From assembly GCA_040954595.2 (NCBI GenBank), contig CM082577.2, positions 6,188,301-6,252,300 on the forward strand: DNA of 64,000 nt, written 5' to 3'. The notes beneath the pieces are model-generated. The model was given only the letters and a program-made list of their open reading frames with translations, was not told the DNA's origin and searched no databases. Below are positions 54,997-64,000 of the stretch, piece after piece (the first letter of the stretch is position 1; every line of letters begins with the position of its first letter). Source of the DNA: Balanoglossus misakiensis. Its lineage: Eukaryota > Animalia > Hemichordata. The position numbers and the translations under genes were made by a program.

Positions 54997-55990
54997 TACT
55001 CGATGGTCCGCTATATTTGCATTTGAGCTCCGCCCAATGATTGACGTCACATATCAAAAGCTTCCTATGCTAATACCTACGGCTACTCGATGGAAAAAAG
55101 TTACGGACTTCATTTTACCATAGGGTCTATTGATTTTACTTTTCATTTGAGCTCTGCCGACTGATTAACATCACAATCATATCAAAAGCTTCTTGGCTCA
55201 AATGCCAGCGACACGCGAGGACAAAATAAAGATAAAACAACTTTTTTTCGTCCTGCGACAAACTCGATGGTCCGCTATATTTGCATTTGAGCTCCGCCCA
55301 ATGATTGACGTCACATATCAAAAGCTTCCTATGCTAATACCTACGGCTACTCGATGGAAAAAAGTTACGGACTTCATTTTACTTTGCATTTGAGCTCTGC
55401 CCACTGATTGACATCACAATCATATCAAAAGCTTCTTGGCTCAAATGCCAGCGACACGCGAGGACAAAATAAAGATAAAACAACTTTTTTTCGTCCTGCG
55501 ACAAACTCGATGGTCCGCTATATTTGCATTTGAGCTCCGCCCAATGATTGACGTCACATATCAAAAGCTTCCTACGCTAAAACCTACGGCTACTCGATGG
55601 AAAAAAGTTACGGACTTCATTTTACTTTGCATTTGAGCTCTGCCCACCGATTGACATCACAATCATATCAAAAGCTTCTTGGCTCAAATGCCAGCGACAC
55701 GCGAGGACAAAATAAAGATAAAACAACTTTTTTTCGTCCTGCGACAAACTCGATGGTCCGCTATATTTGCATTTGAGCTCCGCCCAATGATTGACGTCAC
55801 ATATCAAAAGCTTCCTATGCTAATACCTACGGCTACTCGATGGAAAAAAGTTACGGACTTCATTTTACTTTGCATTTGAGCTCTGCCCACCGATTGACAT
55901 CACAATCATATCAAAAGCTTCTTGGCTCAAATGCCAGCGACACGCGAGGACAAAATAAAGATAAAACAACTGTTTTCGTCCTGTGACAAA
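54997..55990. repeat. Tandem array of four 243-bp units, with a partial unit from ~54767
   Basis: ATTTGCAT anchors at 55015, 55279, 55522 and 55765 (spacing 264, 243, 243); units nearly identical. Confidence 0.95.
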
Positions 55991-56490
55991 TATTCCAGTG
56001 CATACCAGTGGGCGTGCAACAAACCACTTTAGGAATTGCAAAGCGGAACTGGTGAAGGACGTTTTCATACCAGTCAAATTAATTTGTCATTCGAAATAAA
56101 CACGGTACAAATTTATAAACAAATCAAAAAGTTCTTATGGCATATTCCACCGCCCCCTCAAGCTAAACTAGAAAGACTCGGAATCTAAAAAGACCAAGGG
56201 AACGAGTTTTCCCTGTGAGGGCGCAACATTTAGGCCTGAGGTCATCTGTGGTCACGAGAACGAACGCGGAAGCATCCCGTTTGTGTACAAGCGGACGTGT
56301 CGCTGCTTTTGAAAGTGTCCTTTCCGTGTTTCGTTCTGTGTGGTATCGTTTTTTGCATCCGCCGACTACATCTCAGTGTTGGCGACAGATGCGGCCAGTC
56401 CGTACCAGTAGGCCGATCGCCAGTGGTTTGTGACTAGAGTGACCGAACTTCGGATCCGGGTGCAGTGAGGGCAAACTCTTATGCTTGAAG

Positions 56491-59400
56491 ATGCCGTCGT
56501 GGTTCAAGTCATCAGGTATGGCAAATAAATAATTGTACACGTACTTTCCCCGACATATTTTCTGTGCGGTCAGTACCGTCTGCACTGTCAGTGCTATCGC
56601 TTGGGCCGCATATGGTGGTCGTATCACTGGTCAGTATGATCATGGTCTGATGGCCACTACAGGGCAGAGACTGACCACTGGTTTCTGGGACATACAATGC
56701 CTTGTGAATATTTGCACACATTTACCCCTTCAGTCGCTGAGATGATATTAGACATAATAGCAGAATTGCAAAGTATTATTTTTACAGTACCATATTTCAT
56801 TTTGCAGAATATGTTTCATTTCATATCAGGTTGCAGGGAGGGGGGGGGGCTTATTTACCAAGATAATTACCTATAAGAAAACCAGTATTTCTATTTCTTA
56901 TAATATAAGTTCTTCAGTGATACAAACCATCAACAGAAACAGTTCTTTTTCACTCATACGACGGATTGGTAAAATTGCTCAAAAAAATATGGCCAGTGTA
57001 TGTAGGGTACTCCCCAGAGAGGAGCTTTAGCTGATAATTTTGTGAAATGACATGAATAATATTTCTCATAATAATTATATTGATATGTTAATTAGCAGGT
57101 ACGTTGTCAAAAATACCTAAGCAGAACAATGGTGTTCTACTTGCCAGCATAACTGTGATCTATGCCTGTACACTAATTCTTGTTGAGAAATGAATTCAAG
57201 CCTAGACTTGTATTCAATTTCTAATAATAAAGACATGTACACGTATGGGCACTGCTGTGTTAATTATAAGCTAGATATGGGCTATTTTTATGGCGGAAGG
57301 GGAGGGGAAAATATACTGGTATGGAGAAGGAAAATACTGAAAAAATAGCCACGTGTTACAGCTAATGGAATTTTAAAGAAAAAAAAATAGAATACATGTA
57401 ATGTGTTTGTATTGTATCGTTACAATTTCAATGTGGGTGCCCTACACAAATTCGCTTTTGTACGTTTGAATGTTTAGCACATGCATGCACTGTATTTTAT
57501 TGTCGATAAACCAATAATATTTTGCACATAACCGCTGACCCCCCAGGGCAGACTGATAACGCATCGGTGGAATATGACCGGGTGCCACTGACCAGTCAGG
57601 TAGACGGGGACAGTGAGGATGAAGAAGCCTTCAACGGTTCAACATCTGGGATAACCATCCACCTGGGCAAACACCACGAGATCGGCAGAAAGGGACAAGA
57701 CGGCCACACCTACACAACCAAGGTGGTCTCCCACAGACTGTCCTGGAAGCAAAAAATCTGCTTCTTGGCGGTCATCGGAATCTGTGTCGGACTCGTCGTG
57801 GTCTTCTACTTTGGGCTGCCGTGTCCGGAGGGTCAAAGGTCATGGACGGCAGACTTTCCCAACTCTAGTAAGTCTCAATCAGATAGAGTTCTGAAAGTGC
57901 ACAGACTTCAGACCTTGGATGGGTTACTATTTTACCGTGCTAGTTTTTAACACTTTTTAATTTCTTGTTTCCAACTGACCTTTTGACACCAACAGTAAGT
58001 CTTATTTTTATGTTGAACTTTGTTGCCTTGTCAACAAGGAAATGGCCAGCGTGTTTAATGCACACATGCTTGTCAAAAAAAGAATTCAAATAAGTGGAAC
58101 CACGAAAGAAAGTTCGCAAAACCCACCACTGAAGTATGATATGCGTGCTGAAGTGTTTGCTAATGCCAGTGTTTATTGATGTCGCCGTGAGATATACAAC
58201 CATGCCACGCAGAGCTAGTCTGCACTCAGTGTTTTTCCAATATCAGAAATGAACATGAGGAGAATAGAATCAATCAGAATCACATGTGTCCTTGAGATGT
58301 GGGGATTCCTCTGTGCACCTGTAGTAATGTCACCATTTGTTCATTTCTTTGTTCATTTCACGTGTGTTCCACATAGGAGTTAATGTCCGACAGACTGGTC
58401 AAAGGGTCATACAATTTGTGAACCTACGGTATTGAGTGGCTGTGAAATACCAGAATATGAGGGATATATACATGACTATTTGGCCTGAACAGTTGGCATG
58501 TCATCTGTATTGTAATATAAGCTGCATTGAAAGCAAGGAGATCTTCTGCTGTGGTATATCATCTACTCATGTGTGTGCAAAATATTTTGCTCACCCGGCT
58601 GACAAATTCTGTGTTTGATTTGTCACACGGAGAAGTCTGACGTCCACTTGTGCTAATCGACTTGTGGTGTCCATTTCAGTTTGTTGAACTGAGAAGCTAA
58701 TTTAGCCTGAATTCAGAAATACATTATTCAGAGACAGTAGCTGTAAATTTTTGGCTTGGAAGGATATCAGGCCACATCTGCCTATAAATAGAGGTTTCTG
58801 CATCACCAAGCATCTTTTTGATCTTTTGCCAAGTCTTGCTCAAGCATGTTGTAACCACGGTGATCTAGGTCTGACTGTGATATTATTATAGGCACCATTT
58901 CAAAATGAAAATTAAATTGGAAATATTAAACTGATGACTCATTTTTTCGGCAAGAGTATGTCATCCTTTCAGAGAAGACAAGATGAAATTTTACAGAAAT
59001 TGGTTTAACAAATCTCTGAAAGTGTGGTATTTCTGCTGAAATGCTTTATTGTGATATAAACCTTTACAGGGCTAAGGATGTCACAGTGCCGTTCTATGAA
59101 TATGAATGTAGACTAGCCATGTTGTTGAAATGTAGAACTTTCTTGAACCAGTGAGGAATTTTGTCCTCGATCCACAGTTCTTCATATTGGCCTCCGGGTG
59201 AAAACACTTTTATTAATACGCACATCTAGAATAGAATGACATAGTAAGATGTGGAGATGGAGATATGCAATTTCAGGTATTTGTTACAAGGACCTATGTG
59301 ATTTGTAATAAGAGAAGTTATCTGCAAATGTTAAAATCGCGCGTGTGTCAGATAGTCAATAAATTTACATCACTGATATTTTCAATTTTTTTTTTCTGTC

Positions 59401-62400
59401 ACAGTTACAGAGAGTGCAGTCAGGCTGTACGATGTCAATGACGATGGTGTTGTTGACATGATTTTCGGAGCTGATCGAGAAGGTAGTCGCTTGTCTGATG
59501 AAGCAATGGAAAAACTATGCAAGGGCCTTGGTAAGTTGTGTTAAAACTTGTACATAGGTTATATGTTATTTGATCGTCCATCATTTTTGGTAATGATGGC
59601 AGATGCGTTTCTTCAGCAATGGAAATGGAGTGGGCTATTGCTGATCACCTTGGCAGTGACATTGAACTTTTTTTTCTGAACTCCATTTCCAGATTTGAAA
59701 CCTCCATGTGGTGGCAGAGTCATGGTACTAGACGGCAAGACTGGAAACGTCATCCACAGCATTACTGTGTCGCACGAAATATTCGAGTTGAATTGTGGAA
59801 ATGTGGATTTGAACGGCGATGGCACCATGGACTGCTTAGCCAGCGGTCGAAGTGCAGGATTGTATGCTGTTGACGTCAAGAAGGGTATGTATGTGGACTC
59901 TAGTCAACAGAGTACACTTTAACCTGTCTACACCGAACCCTGTCTAATCTGGAAATCTGTCTATACCGAACAACTTGGGGGAAAAAACCCGATACTTGCA
60001 AGCTGTCGCCCACTTCACCTTCTATACCACGTACCTTTCAGCTCTGGTTTCAAAACCACAGGTGTAATAAATATCTGTAGTTGGACTGATTGCTTTTGAA
60101 CTAAAACAACCCCATGATTTCAAGTTCTACGTATTGTTTATCGGTAATATTTGAGCATGTCCACTTTTTTGGGAGAATATTTTGTATTCCGTCAGGTTAA
60201 TATGCCATCTGAGACGATGCCACCTTTATTCTCCCAAGACATCTGAGTAGTCCCATTTTTTGTCTCTCCAAATCACACACCCAGAGGAAGATCCTGTGTG
60301 TAGGATCAAAACGTTGGATGTTTTGATTAATCAAATGTTGTATGAAACCTGATGCTTGCTACTGTGGTTGAACTCACCTATCATCTTACAAGTTACAGTC
60401 ACTGTAGTTAGAATTATTCAGTGTCACTTGTATAGCCAATTCCAATTCGTTCATTGACCCATATGCTCATTTGTTTTTCGTATTTATCCATATTTATATT
60501 ACCACATTTGACCATTTTATCATTGATTGATTGATTCACTAATTCATTCAACCACAATCCAAGAAACCAATTTCACTTATTGACGGACATATTCATAAAT
60601 TATCCGATGATTCAATTCATTGGCCTGTACATTTATCTACCCATTTGATCTGTTCTATTGGCCATTTGATTTGTGTGAGGTAATTTACACAGACCAATAC
60701 TTACTCTTGATTTTTTTTTCTTATTGACTGATCAACACAAATGACTTAATTTCCATTTGTTGACAGGTAGCATTCTTTGGCAGATTGACAACAGCGACAC
60801 GAATACTTATCTCAATATCTACCAACCGCAACAAGTGCCGGATTTGGATATGGATGATATCCCAGATTTCGTCATTACACATGGTGGTGATGTCAGATTT
60901 AGTTCAAAGGTAACGCGATGCTGACTTTTCATACAAAGTCTGTGATTCAGTGAGATTGCCTGCATGGTTATCATATATCTTTGTACCGATTGATATGTCT
61001 TTATGACAAAAGAACTTGTTCTTGTCGATAAGTACATAATTTAAAGTATAATGTAATCACAGAGGTTTGCACCACATTATAAGTGGCTTATTATGAATAT
61101 TTTATTACAGTTTACCTCTCATTACGAATAATAAAGTTAATTGTGTTCAAAATGAAATCATGAAAACGACTAGAAACAACCCCTACAAAAATATTCTATA
61201 GACATCTATAGAATTCTATATTGAATTTCTATAGAAGTTTACAGAACTTCTATGGACTCATTTTCTATTGAATTCTCTAGAAGCATCAAAATATTTAGAG
61301 TGCTATTAAACTTTATAGAACATTTTTGTAAGGGGTAAATAACCATAAGGCCACATTCATAGGAAAAGCAATTACAGCTGTCGCTTTTTTTTTCCTGACA
61401 GGAACGCAACCGTCCCCCAGGTCGCATCATGCTGATATCAGGTGCCACTGGCACGACACTGGGCGAACACCTGCCAATGCCCGACGGACGGGAGACGTAC
61501 AGCTCACCTGTGTTGTACAGACGACACAATGGTGCCCTCTATGTCCTGTTTGGGAGTGGCGGTGAAACCATTAAAGGTAATAGTACATGTACTTAGAGTT
61601 CTGTCAGTGATTAGACTCTCTCACAGCCCACGATTCGCTACAAGGCTCTTCACTGACGCGCCCTCAAGCGTTTGGCAAGGGAGAAGCACCGTTTGGTGTT
61701 GTGTAGCCAACCTCTCGCCGGGCACACATGCAATCAGTCCATAAGCCTGCATAGACGACGAGAGGAGCTGTGAGAGAGTCTAGTCAGTGATGTGTAAAAC
61801 ATTTCATGCCGAGATTTAACCTTTTGAACCCTACTTGGATGGAAACATCCCTATGATGTCATAGGTCACCTGGGGGGTCAGGGAATCATGTCACAGGTTG
61901 TTTGGTTACCTTATAACACATTATGATGCACTAAATGACGGTTTTAATGTCACCCCGCCTTTTTCTCCACACAGGATCTTTCTGGGCCATCTCTCTCTTA
62001 GACTTGTACATCCACACAAAAGCTAAACCGCCAGGTGACTCAGCAGGGGCACCTATTCCAGGCTCTTACTCTGAGCCCTGGGGAGAGCAATATCCCAAGA
62101 ATGAGAAAGGCTTCATTGAGATTTTCAGGTGAGCATAATTACCGTTAGTGTGTTTGGGTGGTCTGAAAAAGAGGTTTTGTTTTCATAGGATGTACATGTT
62201 AAGAGTTTCTTGGTGGACGAATGGAGTGTACGAGTGGAAATATGAGGCTTGACTAGATCAATCATGTATGCAGGAGTCTGGTTATGAATATTTTTTGAAC
62301 GTTTTGTTGATTTCTCAAAGGAGTGAAACTGAAATGGGAGTGATGGTACCCGTGGTGGTGGCTGATATGAATAATGACGACGTGGACGATATCATCATGT

Positions 62401-64000
62401 GCGTCTTTGATGGCACCATAGTTGTGTATGATGGTAAAACACTAGACCCAATATGGACGACCGGTCACAGATTCCATGGATATCAGTTTTATAGGTATGG
62501 AAAATACATGTCTGCATAACTTAGAATTGTTTTCAGTTTCTAAAACTATTTTCTTGATTTTGCTTCCCTGGTTTTTAAGAGGTTACTTCAGTTTTGCTTT
62601 TTCTTGGAACGCTGCAATGGAAATTGACTATAATATGGGAATATCACATGACCATGTAGCTGACAAGTGAACTCTGAGGGCGCTGTGCTGATAAAAAAAC
62701 TTGCCATACCTTGATTCTTTCAGCATTCCAGCTCTCGGTTACTTTAATGACGATGAAACACTGGATGTGATGGTCCATCTAAACTTAGGAGAATGGGAAG
62801 ACTACAATCTGACTATGGTAAGTAAATAAATCTGCTGAAACTCTCTATTAAAGAACAGAAAACAGAGTACCCGAAAATGTTGTCGACTTGATTTGAATTG
62901 AAGTGGCATGCATGTGGCAGCTGGACCCCAACGTTTGCACCCTCTGTCCAACGTTTGCACATAAAACACCACAGGAAGGATAAATATGACTCAATACTCC
63001 CTTTCCTCTTTGCAGCACACCGTCCTGGATGGTAAAACTGGAGAGATTCTGTGGAATCTGAAATCATCAAAGTACACTATGTCGTCGTCGCTTGTGGTAA
63101 AGACGGGGAATCACAAAGATGCCTTTGTTTTTGTTGTCCAAGGCAGAGAAGGCAACATAATAGATAGACAGGCAAGTCATTATATAGATCATAGCATTAG
63201 GTGATTGCGTATGTACTGCTGATTGTTTTGTAAATGCCAGCAACAAAATGTTGCAGCTTTTTCAACTTGACACACACATACGAAATCAGAATATTAGAGG
63301 TGTGATTTTTTTCCCTGTCTGGACGTATCATATCAGATACCTGCTAGGAGAACAGATCGCCATGGGGATGAAGACCAGACTGATGTTGCTGATGATGATG
63401 ATGATGATAATGATGATGATGATGAAGGGGAAAAACATTTGAAAGATTGCGAGCAAGTGGAAGGAGACTTCACAGGAGAAGTGTTTCTGATCGACAGAGA
63501 CTACAGCAAAACTCCAATCAAGATCCTAGAAGCAGAATCTGAGAAAATCAGATACAGTGAGTGTAATATCAGTCATCTCATAAGCTGTACTGAATTTTTC
63601 GGAAAAAAAGTATCAGTCTTCCTTCTGTTGGCTAAGTTGATCAAAAATAGAGTTTGCAGGTTTTTAAAATCTCCAATATACCTGAAACCGAACATGCATG
63701 GAAAAACAATGGAACAGAAAGATTTTGAATGTGCAGTGGTGTGTGTGATCGGAATGTGCCAGCAATAGCAAGCAACACGTGTGTTGAATCCTTCTGTGCC
63801 GCAAAGTTTTTCTGCTTGCCACGGACGAGATGTATCTGCGTTATGAAACAGTGATTCTAATATGATGTGTATGAGGGAAAGTTCAGTATTTTTCATAGGT
63901 TTGCTGGATGTTCATATCTCACTGTGTGTGATTCTCTCCCATGCAGACATTGTGTACAGTAACATCATGGCCTATGGCGCAGTCCAGACTGGGAGCAACG
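56491..64000 (+). CDS. FAM234/ITFG3-like type II membrane protein with FG-GAP-like beta-propeller repeats; 3' end beyond the window
   Basis: Approx. exons 56491-56515 (MPSWFKSS), 57547-57867 (EYDRVPL, acidic stretch, TM), 59405-59530 (DVNDDGVVD), 59693-59884 (DLNGDGTMD), 60767-60909, 61402-61576, 61975-62128, 62321-62494 (DMNNDDVDD), 62724-62817, 63016-63171, 63337-63557, 63947 onward. Family assignment rests on architecture only. Confidence 0.75.
61190..61320. repeat. Low-complexity, degenerate CTATAGAA repeats
   Basis: Several TTCTATAGA/CTATAGAATTCTAT motifs in an intron. Confidence 0.55.
61612..61782. mobile_element. 171-bp non-autonomous DNA transposon with TAG..CTA ends and a 9-bp TSD
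   Basis: Perfect 16-bp TIR TAGACTCTCTCACAGC and GCTGTGAGAGAGTCTA; GTCAGTGAT duplicated at 61603-11 and 61783-91. Confidence 0.88.

Noticed and set aside
54860-56077. Repeated 61-66 aa ORFs, or a CRISPR-like array
   Set aside because: Artefacts of the 243-bp tandem repeat; no unique spacers, no cas genes, eukaryotic context.

Overview
Eukaryotic, intron-rich metazoan DNA. An invertebrate deuterostome (hemichordate/echinoderm-like) is my inference from gene content and repeat style; it is not verified. Six protein-coding genes alternate in orientation as three head-to-head pairs: PIGA(-)/CANT1(+), GSPT1-eRF3(-)/MOSMO(+) and Sidekick(-)/FAM234-like(+). PIGA and the FAM234-like gene run off the window edges. 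Between Sidekick and the FAM234-like gene lie an intact tRNA-Asp(GTC) and a 243-bp tandem array carrying octamer, CCAAT and CRE motifs. Sister units of that array act as empty-site controls for two insertions. Introns hold several non-autonomous DNA-transposon families (TA, TAA, TTAA, 7-bp and 9-bp target duplications), including a 449-bp element with apparently perfect 185-bp inverted arms. I found no transposase, CRISPR array or clearly new multi-gene system. Exon boundaries were read by eye and may be off by a few bases.
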